From Bacteroidia bacterium (GTDB lineage: Bacteria > Bacteroidota > Bacteroidia > NS11-12g > UBA9320): 64,000 bases of DNA. Position numbers and translations under genes: made by a program. This document shows positions 10,464 to 20,300 of the stretch, in pieces (within the stretch, counting starts at the first letter, position 1; every line of letters starts with the position of its first letter). The notes below the pieces were generated by a model. The model saw only the letters and a program-made list of their open reading frames with translations. It searched no databases and was not told where the DNA came from. Location: the NCBI GenBank assembly GCA_965216465.1, contig CBDCFW010000006.1, forward strand, positions 1,184,001-1,248,000, written 5' to 3'.

Positions 10464-10505
10464 AAAAAGAGATTGAAATTCCTTCTTTTTTATTTGTTTT
10501 GAACC

Positions 10506-10958
10506 ATGGCAGTACCGCAAGTAGGAGATATGGCTCCGAGCATTGATGGAGTAAATCAAAATGGAGAAAAAGTTAGTTTGTCTAACTACGCAGGAAAGAA
10601 ATTGGTGTTGTACTTTTATCCTAAGGACGACACCCCCGGATGTACAGCAGAAGCTTGTAATTTAAGAGACAATTATGACCAATTGTTAAAAGAAGGTTAT
10701 GCCATTTTAGGTGTAAGTCCAGATACCGAAGCTAAGCACCAAAAATTTATTGCAAAGTATGATCTTCCTTTTGACCTTTTAGCCGATACTGAGAAGGCGG
10801 TATGCAACAATTATGGCGTTTGGGCAGAAAAAAGCATGTATGGCAGAAAGTACATGGGGGTTGTGCGTACCACTTTTGTAATCGATGAAAACGGTAAAAT
10901 TCAGGAGGTGATTGCTAAGGTGAAGACCAAAGATCACACCGCTCAAATTTTGGGATAA
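10506..10958 (+). CDS. bcp: Peroxiredoxin Bcp
   Basis: LYFYPKDDTPGCTAEAC; RTTFVID. Confidence 0.95.
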   Translation: MAVPQVGDMAPSIDGVNQNGEKVSLSNYAGKKLVLYFYPKDDTPGCTAEACNLRDNYDQLLKEGYAILGVSPDTEAKHQKFIAKYDLPFDLLADTEKAVCNNYGVWAEKSMYGRKYMGVVRTTFVIDENGKIQEVIAKVKTKDHTAQILG

Positions 10959-10971
10959 ACGATAATCCCTT

Positions 10972-11325
10972 CTAAAAAGGAATATTTTCACTTTTAGGGC
11001 TGAGCAGCAAAAACTCACTGGCCACTATTTCTGTTATAATACGCTTAATGCCTTCATTGTCTTCGTAGGTTCTAGAAGTTATTTTTCCGGAGACGAGCAC
11101 TAGCTTGCCTTTATCAAGCAGTTCGGTCATAAGCTCGGCTGTTTTGCCCCAAGCAATAATGTTATGCCATTGAGTTTCAGTTACTTTTTCTCCTTTCAGA
11201 TTGGTATAAGATTCGTTTGTGGCCATGTTAAACTTAACACGTTTTGAGCCGCTGTCTAAGGTTTTTAGCTCCGGTGAGTTTCCAAGGTTTCCAATCAGTT
11301 GTACATTGTTTCTAAGTGCATTCAT
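10972..11325 (-). CDS. ssb: Single-stranded DNA-binding protein (short form)
   Basis: NNVQLIGNLG, ATNE, TQWHNI, GKITSRTYED; C-terminal ENIPF. Confidence 0.92.
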   Translation of the reverse strand: MNALRNNVQLIGNLGNSPELKTLDSGSKRVKFNMATNESYTNLKGEKVTETQWHNIIAWGKTAELMTELLDKGKLVLVSGKITSRTYEDNEGIKRIITEIVASEFLLLSPKSENIPF

Positions 11326-11505
11326 TTGTTAATTTTATTATGAAATTGTGGTACAAATAGAATGGCCGGCTTGCTGACCACGTCGCTTTAAACACTTACA
11401 AGCGTTTATAAGTATTTACACGGGTTCAACTATGTAAAATCGTTGAAAATGAACATGTTAGCATTTTGTGTGATGATATGAAAATTGTTTATTTTTGAGC
11501 GATAT

Positions 11506-11799
11506 ATGGCGAAAATCACAGAAGCCAAGTTTTGGATTGATTTACTGAAAAAGGTGATAAAGTCAATTGCCAAACAACAAGGTATTCAAACCACCCCACG
11601 TACTTGGCACCAACATGTAGTGCCCTATGAAGGGAAATGGGCCGTGAAAAGAGAAGGAAATAAACGCTATACATCCAAGCATAGAAAGCAAGAAACAGCT
11701 ATTCGAAAGGCTAAAACCATCGCCAAAAGACATCACGCCGATGTCATAATCCATAGTCGCGATGGCTCAATTCGAGACCGTTTAAGCTACCGTGATTAG
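11506..11799 (+). CDS. DUF2188 domain protein
   Basis: HVVP..GKWAVKREG...QETAI..AK.IAK....DVIIHSRDGSI pattern; ATG 8 nt after TATTTTTG. Confidence 0.85.
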   Translation: MAKITEAKFWIDLLKKVIKSIAKQQGIQTTPRTWHQHVVPYEGKWAVKREGNKRYTSKHRKQETAIRKAKTIAKRHHADVIIHSRDGSIRDRLSYRD

Positions 11800-11924
11800 G
11801 CAGTTTTAAACGGTTCTAAGATATTGTTGTCTAATATTTTGTAAAGGTCCTGAACCTCAGACATTTTTGTGTATTACCTCTAAAATCTTTATATTTGCTT
11901 TGCAATCAATGGGGTTTGATTGTT

Positions 11925-12758
11925 ATGCTGATACTACTACGTAAATACTTTTTTGTATATGTCTTTCTATGCGTGTGCCTAAATTTAAGTGCACATGGGC
12001 CTATTCATGAGAAAATTCAAGACGTTACTAAACGGATTGAAAAAAAGCCGTATGATCCTAATTTATATGTTGAACGAGCAGGCTATTACAAGATAGATCG
12101 TGACTTTGATAGAAGCTTTGCAGACTATCAAACCGCACGAAATATCAACCCAAACCTAAAAACAATTGACTTTCTGGTTGCCGAACTTTTCTATGAGTTT
12201 GATCACTATTATGCCGCATTGGCTTCAGTCAGTTCTTTCCAAAAACAGAATCTAAACGTAGCCGAGTGTTACTTGCTCAAAGCAAAAATATTTGATAAAC
12301 TCTTTGAGTCTGATAGTGCACTTCACTATGCCGAAGCAGCATATCCTCATCATACTAAGCCCAATACACATTACTTCATTACTGTAAAAAATTATGTGCT
12401 TTATGCTGATAAAACCAATTATGAACGAGCAAAATATTGGTTGGAAATAGCTAAAAAAAGACTTCCATACGACTTGGTTATCCAAGAGGCATATGTTGAC
12501 TTAGCTATGCAGTTTAAAGACTATGACAAAGCTCAAGTTCTGTGTGAAGAGAAAATCCCAACACTAAAACGCAAAGAGTACTGGGAATACCTTCTTGGAA
12601 CGGTTTACCTGCAAAAAGGTGAATCGGATATGGCGATGAACTACTTCAATAAGGCTAAAAGTTCAATTGACAGACTCCCTCGCAATCATAAGAATACGAC
12701 ATACATAAAAACCCTCACTAATAACATTAACAAATCAATTCAAAAAATTAACGGATAG
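11925..12758 (+). CDS. Exported TPR-repeat protein with N-terminal HGxxH motif
   Basis: Signal peptide ending LSA followed by HGPIHEKI; TPR-like helices (LYVERAGYY, YLLKAKIF, YLLGTVYLQKGE); TATATTTG at 11890-11897. Confidence 0.8.
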   Translation: MLILLRKYFFVYVFLCVCLNLSAHGPIHEKIQDVTKRIEKKPYDPNLYVERAGYYKIDRDFDRSFADYQTARNINPNLKTIDFLVAELFYEFDHYYAALASVSSFQKQNLNVAECYLLKAKIFDKLFESDSALHYAEAAYPHHTKPNTHYFITVKNYVLYADKTNYERAKYWLEIAKKRLPYDLVIQEAYVDLAMQFKDYDKAQVLCEEKIPTLKRKEYWEYLLGTVYLQKGESDMAMNYFNKAKSSIDRLPRNHKNTTYIKTLTNNINKSIQKING

Positions 12759-12762
12759 TTCA

Positions 12763-15700
12763 ATGACGAAAAATTACCTATTATTATTCGGCGTTTGCAT
12801 GGGTTTAATTTCTGCAAACTACACTCAGGCACAAACCACGGTTATTGCCAAAGAAGCTGATTGGAAATATCTAGACGATGGTTCTAATCAAGGTACTTCA
12901 TGGAAAGACACTACCTTTAACGATGGAACTTGGAGTACAGGCCAAGCTCCATTAGGTTATGGTTCAATCACCGGAGGAACACTCAATACCAATTCTATCA
13001 ATAACAATGCAACCACGTATTTTAGAGATAGCTTCAATATTGCAAATACCAACTACCAAGATATATCCATCAGTATGATGATCGATGATGGTCTTGTTAT
13101 ATACCTTAACGGAAATGAGGTATACGACTATGAGATGCCAGGAACTTGGGATTATACAACTTATGCTACATCTGCGGCAGGTGGCTCTGATGAAGGAGAC
13201 TATCACACAGTAACAATTCCTACTACCTACCTTGTTGCAGGAAAAAACTATGTTGCAGTCGAAGTGCACAATGCAAGCGCAACAAGCTCTGACCTTGCGT
13301 TTGACCTTGAGATGGTTTTAAATCCTCCTTCAAACTACGTTGTTAATTCTGGCGATAACTGGGATTACTGGGATGCTGGCTCTTTACCAACCGGTACCTG
13401 GAACGACGACACCAGTTACAGTGTGGCATCTTGGAGCAATGGTCCTTCTTTATTGGGCTACGGTACAATCGATGGCCGTACTAAAGCTACCACGATTTCT
13501 ACAGTATACCCAACCGCATACTTTAGAACAACATTCAACATTCCTGATACAAGTGTAGTTACCTATTTAGATATCGATTACGTTCGTGACGATGGTATTA
13601 TCATCTACGTAAACGGCGAGGAAGTAGTTAGAGATGGACTTGCAGCCGGAACTATTGGTTTTAGCGATTATGCGAATCAAACGATAGGAGGAGCCGACGA
13701 AGGAGCTTGGAATAGGGCAGTAGTAGCACCTTCTACCCTTCACCAAGGACAAAATGTTATTGCAGCAGAGGTACATCAAGTAAATGGAACAAGTAGTGAT
13801 ATTGGTTTTGATTTACGATTTGAAACTTTAGATCAAGTTACTCCTTCTATTACTAGAGGTCCTTATATCCAAAATACGACAGATAGTACTGTAATTGTGC
13901 GTTGGAGAACAGATGTACCCTCAACCAGTTCTGTAAAGTACGGAACAACACACGGTACTTACAGTTCTTCTGTGGATAGCTCTGGGGCTACTTCAGAACA
14001 TAGCATAACCATTTCTGGTCTTACACCAGACACAAAATATTTCTACCACCTAAGTACAGGTTCAGATACGGTTGGAAGACACGACAGTACATACTTCTTT
14101 AAAACTGCTCCGACCCCAGGAGATGTTTCGGGTACCGTTGGTTTCTGGATTTTAGGTGATCAAGGTCAAGTAGGTGCAGGCCAAACAGGTGTACACAGTA
14201 CATTTATTAATAGTGGATTTAGAGATAGCATGGATTTGATTCTTATGCTAGGAGATAATGCCTACAACAATGGAACAGATAATGAATTCCAAAATCAGTT
14301 GTTTGAAACACAACTCGATTCTGTTTTAAGAAATACTCCTATGTATTCTTGTGTTGGTAATCACGAGGTGCGTTATGTATCTGCACACTCGATTTCAACA
14401 CCAGAAACAACACCATACTACCAGATTTATGACTTCCCTACCAATGGAGAAGGAGGGGGATTAGCCTCAGGAACAGAATCATACTTCTCTTTTGATTATG
14501 GTAATGTTCACTTCATCTCAATAAATGCGGAGGAAGAAGACCTTGACTCAGCAACAAGCTCAATGTGGTCTTGGTGCGAAAGTGACTTACAACAAAATAC
14601 GATGGATTGGACAGTTGTAATTGTTCACCAAGGTCCATATACTAAAGGGTCACACAATTCAGATACAGAAACAGAGCACGTTAAGTTTAGAGAAAACTTC
14701 TTACCGCTATTGGAGCGTTATGGTGCAGATTTAACAATGTCTGGACATAGCCACTCTTATGAGCGTTCAAAGTTGGTAAAAGGACATTTTGGTACTTCGG
14801 GTACGTACAGCAGTGCAACGCACGATATTGATGGAGGTTACGGAAGAATGCCAGGATCTGGTACCCTAACCAACGATTGTGCATATGAAAAAGTAACAAC
14901 TGGTGCTGACGCTGGTGATGGTGCAATTTATTGTACTGCCGGTAGTAGTAGTAAGCGAGGAAGCTATGCTATTAACCACCCAGTTATGAAGGTAAACTGG
15001 AATACTTACGGTTCGGTATATGTTGAAGTAAACGACAACAAATTAAGCTACTGGTACCTAGAAGATGATGGAGATACTACTGACTATTTCCAAATCTTAA
15101 AAGACACTGATTATGATTCTATTCATGTTCTGACTGATAGTACAGTAACATTAACGGCAAGTTGGCCAGAAGGTCCATACGTATGGAGCACAGGAGCAAC
15201 TACAAGAAGCATCACCATGACATTAGGTGATGATACTACCGTTTACGTTCAAAACCTAAGTGGAAGTAGTCCGTGTATGATTGACTCGTTCCACGTAGAT
15301 TTCCCAAGTATTGTTCGTTATCCGTTCTCTGAAATGGATACTACGGGTATGTCGAGCAAAGATTCTGATGGTAACGATGTAATTACTGCGGATACTAGAA
15401 CAAGTGCAGATGCCAACGGCTGGTATTACTACTACAACTCTGCTGACCCGAATGCATTGATGTTTGCAGTTAGAAATAGTTTAACAAGTGGAAACACCCT
15501 GCCAATTGATAACGTAATCGATTACGTTGAGATTAGAAAGGCTAGTGTTTATGATCGTATAGCTCAGGGTACAGATTCATTCAATGCCGTAATGCCTTAC
15601 GATTGGAATGTGGTAACGCTTGCTCAACCAAACGGTGATATGGACATTAAATTTTATTTCGAGCCGGATGATTTAGCAGACTTTATCACTGTAATGGATT

Positions 15701-16533
15701 CGCTTGATGCGTTGAATTCAGATTTTCAAACTACACGTACTTGGTTTAAAGCGAACCAAGGAGGTGGAATTAGTTTCTTAGAAAACGATATTATAGTTGA
15801 CTCTGTTCGAAACAGTGATGATTTAACAACCTTGCTTGTAGCTGCACCAAATTACGCTACAGGTGTTGGTTCAACTGATGGTACTCCATGGGTTGATCAA
15901 GGAAACGGAAAGAACTATGTTCAGTTTAACGGTTTGTCGAGTTTCTCAGGTGGTACCTTAGGTCAAACACTGTTTGATCCAACTCCGGTTCCAGTATCGT
16001 GGTTAGCATTTAATGGTTCATGGGTTGGAAACAATGCAGAGCTAATTTGGCAAACTGCTCAAGAAAAAGACAATGCATACTTCGAAGTAGAGCGAAGCAT
16101 TAACAATGTAGACTTTGTTGCATTGGATAAAGTAGAAGCAAATGGAAACACAACTTCAATTTCTACCTACTTCTATACTGATGAAGAAGCTTCAAGAATT
16201 GATGCACAAAAGATTTACTACAGAATTAAGCAAGTTGACTTCAATGGAGAAGTATCGTATTCAGATATTATCAGCTTAGCACGTGAAAAAGTAGACGCGG
16301 TGAAGGTATATCCAAACCCAACTGCTGATGTTGTAAACGTGAGTTTAAGCGATATTCTAATCGAAGATGCTACCATAGCGGTATACTCGCTTGAGGGTAA
16401 GAAAGTAGGTGAACTACAAGATGTTAAATCTGGAGTTAATACCATCGACGTTTCGAGCCTTGAAACAGGGCAGTATGTGGTTGTGGTTAACACCAAACAT
16501 ACATTGTACACTTACAAATTGATCAAAGAATAA
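12763..16533 (+). CDS. T9SS-secreted metallophosphoesterase (purple acid phosphatase-like) with two N-terminal beta-sandwich repeats and an FN3-like domain
   Basis: ILGDQG, LGDNAY, GNHE, SGHSHSYERS; repeated DDG..IY.NG.EV / AVEVH modules; PVPVSW and KVYPNP type A CTD. Confidence 0.9.
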   Translation: MTKNYLLLFGVCMGLISANYTQAQTTVIAKEADWKYLDDGSNQGTSWKDTTFNDGTWSTGQAPLGYGSITGGTLNTNSINNNATTYFRDSFNIANTNYQDISISMMIDDGLVIYLNGNEVYDYEMPGTWDYTTYATSAAGGSDEGDYHTVTIPTTYLVAGKNYVAVEVHNASATSSDLAFDLEMVLNPPSNYVVNSGDNWDYWDAGSLPTGTWNDDTSYSVASWSNGPSLLGYGTIDGRTKATTISTVYPTAYFRTTFNIPDTSVVTYLDIDYVRDDGIIIYVNGEEVVRDGLAAGTIGFSDYANQTIGGADEGAWNRAVVAPSTLHQGQNVIAAEVHQVNGTSSDIGFDLRFETLDQVTPSITRGPYIQNTTDSTVIVRWRTDVPSTSSVKYGTTHGTYSSSVDSSGATSEHSITISGLTPDTKYFYHLSTGSDTVGRHDSTYFFKTAPTPGDVSGTVGFWILGDQGQVGAGQTGVHSTFINSGFRDSMDLILMLGDNAYNNGTDNEFQNQLFETQLDSVLRNTPMYSCVGNHEVRYVSAHSISTPETTPYYQIYDFPTNGEGGGLASGTESYFSFDYGNVHFISINAEEEDLDSATSSMWSWCESDLQQNTMDWTVVIVHQGPYTKGSHNSDTETEHVKFRENFLPLLERYGADLTMSGHSHSYERSKLVKGHFGTSGTYSSATHDIDGGYGRMPGSGTLTNDCAYEKVTTGADAGDGAIYCTAGSSSKRGSYAINHPVMKVNWNTYGSVYVEVNDNKLSYWYLEDDGDTTDYFQILKDTDYDSIHVLTDSTVTLTASWPEGPYVWSTGATTRSITMTLGDDTTVYVQNLSGSSPCMIDSFHVDFPSIVRYPFSEMDTTGMSSKDSDGNDVITADTRTSADANGWYYYYNSADPNALMFAVRNSLTSGNTLPIDNVIDYVEIRKASVYDRIAQGTDSFNAVMPYDWNVVTLAQPNGDMDIKFYFEPDDLADFITVMDSLDALNSDFQTTRTWFKANQGGGISFLENDIIVDSVRNSDDLTTLLVAAPNYATGVGSTDGTPWVDQGNGKNYVQFNGLSSFSGGTLGQTLFDPTPVPVSWLAFNGSWVGNNAELIWQTAQEKDNAYFEVERSINNVDFVALDKVEANGNTTSISTYFYTDEEASRIDAQKIYYRIKQVDFNGEVSYSDIISLAREKVDAVKVYPNPTADVVNVSLSDILIEDATIAVYSLEGKKVGELQDVKSGVNTIDVSSLETGQYVVVVNTKHTLYTYKLIKE

Positions 16534-16553
16534 ACACTGGTTAATAGATAAAT

Positions 16554-16588
16554 AAACCCTTCTCATTTTTATGAGGAGGGTTTTTTTT
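16554..16588 (+). terminator. Intrinsic terminator
   Basis: AAACCCTTCTCAT-tttt-ATGAGGAGGGTTT followed by a T8 tract. Confidence 0.85.
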
Positions 16589-16619
16589 GCTTTGAAATGG
16601 GATATCTTTACGGTTGATT

Positions 16620-17270
16620 ATGAAATTCAAGGGTGTTCTTATACTTTTAATTGGACTTGTGACTTCAACTTGTAAGGCGCAAGTAGATCCAATCTATGCT
16701 GAGTTTGAGAAAATTTTAGAAGATTCGTTTTATTGTGATACCCTTATTGAGCAGATTTATGCTGAGCAGCTCAAACTAAAATTTGACGGTAGATATGTTG
16801 AAAAAGACATACGTACAGCTTTGTTGGTAGATCAAATTTTGTCAAACTACGACACGACTATAGATTTCCTCACAAATGTTACAAAATGGTTAGATACCAG
16901 TGCTATTAAGCTCTACAATCTCAATCCATATTATTGCAGCCTGTATGGGGGCTACCTTGAATTCCATCTGATGTTGTATGATACAAATAGGGTGAAGCAA
17001 CAAGGGTGCATCATAGAGAAAATCGTTATTTTCCCTGATAGCATTAATTCAAGAAGAAAAAGTACATTTTGTCAGGCTTCGGTTTTGCCCATCGGCTCTA
17101 GAAAGAGTTCACGTTTGAAGTTTCAGTTTGAATGCCAAATGGAGTCAGGTTTTGAAACATGTTATTCTCCATATTACTATCTTCTCTATTTGAGATTTAT
17201 ACTGAACAATCCAAACTATAATCAAATAATAATGTTTGACGGGGAATTGTTGTTACGCACACATTATTAA
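16620..17270 (+). CDS. Hypothetical exported protein
   Basis: Signal-like N-terminus (STCKAQ); about 216 aa; no recognised motif. Confidence 0.6.
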   Translation: MKFKGVLILLIGLVTSTCKAQVDPIYAEFEKILEDSFYCDTLIEQIYAEQLKLKFDGRYVEKDIRTALLVDQILSNYDTTIDFLTNVTKWLDTSAIKLYNLNPYYCSLYGGYLEFHLMLYDTNRVKQQGCIIEKIVIFPDSINSRRKSTFCQASVLPIGSRKSSRLKFQFECQMESGFETCYSPYYYLLYLRFILNNPNYNQIIMFDGELLLRTHY

Positions 17271-17349
17271 TTGAATAATTAATTCTTTTATGGATTATTC
17301 TAACGATTACCATACCTTGCGTTTTAACACTTGGATATAAAAATTATCA

Positions 17350-18642
17350 ATGGATAACCCGTTAATCTTTGTCACATTAGCACTCTTGGTTGGAATCGCA
17401 GTTACTTGGGCTGTGTTTAATTTTATTGTACTTAAAAGCAATAGAGAACGTATTGCAGAGCTTAAAAATGATGCGAGCACACAAGACCACGCACTTACTC
17501 AACAACGCATTGAGTATCAAGCGGTGAAAGATCAATTGGTGCGAACCGAGGCGGAGCTTAATCATGCCAATATCAAGTTAAAAGAACAAAAAGAAGAACT
17601 CGAGAATGTAAATAACAAGCTGACTAAAGAGTTTGAAAATATCGCTAACAAAATAGTATCCCACCAAAGCAAAGAGATTCAAGACAAGCACGAAGAGAAG
17701 CTTAAAGCCATGCTAAATCCTTTTAAGGAGAAGATTGAAAGCTTCGAAAAGAAGGTAGATGATACCCACAAAGAGAACATCAAAGAGAATCAAAGTCTTA
17801 AAGAACAAATTAATAGTTTAAAAGATTTAAATAAGTCGATTAGTGATGAGGCTAAAAATCTAACTTCAGCATTAAAAGGAGATAAAAAGCTTCAAGGAAA
17901 CTGGGGAGAAAATAGCCTCGAACGTATTCTACAAGCGGCTGGGTTAGAGAAAGAGAAGCACTACCGCAAAGAGGTGTTTTTAGAGGGCGAGGACGCTAAT
18001 TTTAGGGCAGATTATATCATTCTACTCCCAGACGATAAAAACTTGATTATAGACAGCAAGGTGAGTCTTGTAGCATATGCCAACTACTTCGCAGCCGAAG
18101 AAAAAGAGGAGGCAGATGATGCCATCAAGCAACACGTTCAAAGTGTACGACGCCACGTGACATCTTTAAGCAGTAAAAACTACGCAGAATTACACGGGGT
18201 AACCTCTCCTGACTACGTAATAATGTACATGCCAATTGATAGTGCGTTGGGGATGGCCATGACAGAAGATCCAGAATTGTTTGATTTTGCGTTAAGAAAG
18301 AACATTGTACTGGTCTCAAGCAACTCATTGCTTGCTACACTTAAAACCGTTGCTTTTATATGGAGACAAGATGCTCAGAATAAAAATGCTCTTGAAATCG
18401 CTCGACAAGGTGGGGCATTGTATGACAAATTTGTAGGATTCGTCGATACACTAATTGGAGTAGGAAAGAAGATGGAAGATGCTCAACAAGGCTACCGAAA
18501 GGCCATGAACCAATTAACAGATGGCAGAGGCAACCTGGTTAAGAAAACAGAAGACTTAAAGAAACTAGGCATTAAGGCTACAAAGTCACTGCCTGAGAAA
18601 CTAATTGATCGCAGCAGCGAAGAAGGAAAACTTGAGGCTTAG
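17350..18642 (+). CDS. rmuC: DNA recombination protein RmuC
   Basis: N-terminal TM helix, coiled coil, QGNWGE..LERIL, IIDSKVSL, SPDYVIMYMP, LYDKFVGF. Confidence 0.93.
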   Translation: MDNPLIFVTLALLVGIAVTWAVFNFIVLKSNRERIAELKNDASTQDHALTQQRIEYQAVKDQLVRTEAELNHANIKLKEQKEELENVNNKLTKEFENIANKIVSHQSKEIQDKHEEKLKAMLNPFKEKIESFEKKVDDTHKENIKENQSLKEQINSLKDLNKSISDEAKNLTSALKGDKKLQGNWGENSLERILQAAGLEKEKHYRKEVFLEGEDANFRADYIILLPDDKNLIIDSKVSLVAYANYFAAEEKEEADDAIKQHVQSVRRHVTSLSSKNYAELHGVTSPDYVIMYMPIDSALGMAMTEDPELFDFALRKNIVLVSSNSLLATLKTVAFIWRQDAQNKNALEIARQGGALYDKFVGFVDTLIGVGKKMEDAQQGYRKAMNQLTDGRGNLVKKTEDLKKLGIKATKSLPEKLIDRSSEEGKLEA

Positions 18643-18718
18643 GGGTTTATAGGGGGTCAATGGTTGGTTAAAGGGTTAATGCTAGGAGGTTAATGTTAGT
18701 GATCAATGTTTGTGGCAT

Positions 18719-18751
18719 AAAAAAAGCCGACTCTTTCGAGTCGGCTTTTTT
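18719..18751. terminator. Bidirectional intrinsic terminator between convergent rmuC and tonB
   Basis: A7-GCCGACTC-tttc-GAGTCGGC-T6. Confidence 0.9.
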
Positions 18752-18767
18752 GTTGGTGTTATATCGA

Positions 18768-19454
18768 TTAGAATATCTGGAATTTAACCGGCATTCTAAA
18801 TCGCATGTCAACACTTCTATCTCTTTGCTTAGCTGGTTTCCACATACCCGAGGTTTTTCTGATAACTCGAATTGCTTCTTCCTCTAATCCAAATCCTTTT
18901 TTAGCTCCTAAGATTCCGATATCGCGAATAGTACCTTTCTTCGTTACAACGAATACTACATTAATGGTACCGGCCATATCGTTCTCAAGGGCCATAGCTG
19001 GATATTCAATGTTTTCTGCGATAAACTTTCTCAGTTCTTGATCCGTTTCGTCGCCTTTGAACGTAGCTTTTTCCGATACATCGAAGATTTCAAAAACCTC
19101 ATTGGTTTCTTCAGGCTCTTCTTCTTCCTCATTTTCGTAATCGTCGACAGCGTCGTCTTGATCCATTTCAGAATCGTCAATCTCTGGATTGTCTTCGTCT
19201 ATCTCAACATCATCTTCTACAACCTCAATCTCTGGTGGAGGAGGTGGTGGAGGTGGTTTTTTCTCTTGTACCGTGTTCTCCATAACTACGATGTCTTCTT
19301 CTACAACAATGTTTTCAAGTCCTGAATCACTTTTATCGTAAACTTTATACGAAAAAGCACCTAGAACTAGAAGCAAAGACAACGACATTCCAATAAGAAA
19401 GAAGTCAAAACGTTTGTTTTTAACTTCTGCTTGTGAACTCTTTTTTACTTCCAT
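18768..19454 (-). CDS. tonB: Energy transducer TonB
   Basis: TM anchor, poly-Pro and acidic linker, YPAMALEN..G..V.FVV, WKPAKQR...MPVKF. Confidence 0.92.
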   Translation of the reverse strand: MEVKKSSQAEVKNKRFDFFLIGMSLSLLLVLGAFSYKVYDKSDSGLENIVVEEDIVVMENTVQEKKPPPPPPPPEIEVVEDDVEIDEDNPEIDDSEMDQDDAVDDYENEEEEEPEETNEVFEIFDVSEKATFKGDETDQELRKFIAENIEYPAMALENDMAGTINVVFVVTKKGTIRDIGILGAKKGFGLEEEAIRVIRKTSGMWKPAKQRDRSVDMRFRMPVKFQIF

Positions 19455-19489
19455 AATTATGCAATTTCAAATTTAACTTAAATATTTAT

Positions 19490-19906
19490 TCATTTATACA
19501 GTTTATGCATAAAAGGTAAATACTTTTTTAGGAACGTTACAAAATTTAACGCCACCTTAACACTTATAACGCCTACAATGGCTCCTAGCGTATTTGCAAT
19601 TAGGTCGCCAAACTCGAAGCTACGTTCCAAAGAACCAATGCTTTGCAGCGATTCGAGAGTGAAGCCATAGACAATTCCGATTATTAAAACAGCGATTTGG
19701 TGCTTCTTTTCTACAATTTTCTTTTGAGCAATGGCAAGAAGCCAGAAATTGGAGAATAGAAAAAACATGACAAAATGAATCAATTTATCCAGTTCAAATA
19801 AGCTGGTAAATGTAAATTTTCGAAAAGCAGAAGCTGGCAACAATAAGCTGGTTGCCAAAAAGAGGGAATAAAAAAGTGCAATGAAATGAGCTCTAGTGAA
19901 GCTCAT
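19490..19906 (-). CDS. VanZ family membrane protein
   Basis: DKLIHFVMF, E..Q....RSFEFGDLIANTLG. Confidence 0.85.
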   Translation of the reverse strand: MSFTRAHFIALFYSLFLATSLLLPASAFRKFTFTSLFELDKLIHFVMFFLFSNFWLLAIAQKKIVEKKHQIAVLIIGIVYGFTLESLQSIGSLERSFEFGDLIANTLGAIVGVISVKVALNFVTFLKKYLPFMHKLYK

Positions 19907-19910
19907 CGTC

Positions 19911-20291
19911 TTACTGGCCAATCATCTCACGATAAGCAGCTGCATCCATTAAATCGTCAGCTTCAGAAGCGTCAGACATTTGGATTTTTACCATCCAGCC
20001 GTTTTCGTAAGGAGATTCGTTAACAGACTCAGGAGCATCTTCTAGGTCTGCATTTACCTCAACTATCTCACCGCTTAAAGGCATGTAAAGGTCAGAAACA
20101 GTTTTAACTGCTTCAATTGTTCCAAACACCTCATCTTTACCAAGTGTTTCGCCTTCGGTTTCAATTTCAACAAATACAATATCACCTAGCTCGCTTTGTG
20201 CAAATTCGGTTACTCCAATAGTTGCAACATCGCCTTCGATGGCAACCCATTCGTGCTCTTTAGTATATTTTAAGTTCTCTGGGAAATTCAT
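19911..20291 (-). CDS. gcvH: Glycine cleavage system H protein
   Basis: KYTKEHEW, AQSELGDIVFVE, EAVKTVSD (lipoyl-Lys), VNESPYENGW. Confidence 0.97.
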   Translation of the reverse strand: MNFPENLKYTKEHEWVAIEGDVATIGVTEFAQSELGDIVFVEIETEGETLGKDEVFGTIEAVKTVSDLYMPLSGEIVEVNADLEDAPESVNESPYENGWMVKIQMSDASEADDLMDAAAYREMIGQ

Positions 20292-20300
20292 TTCTATTTA

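Noticed and set aside
19225-19262. GGA/GGT triplet repeat
   Set aside because: It encodes the ordinary poly-proline stretch of TonB.
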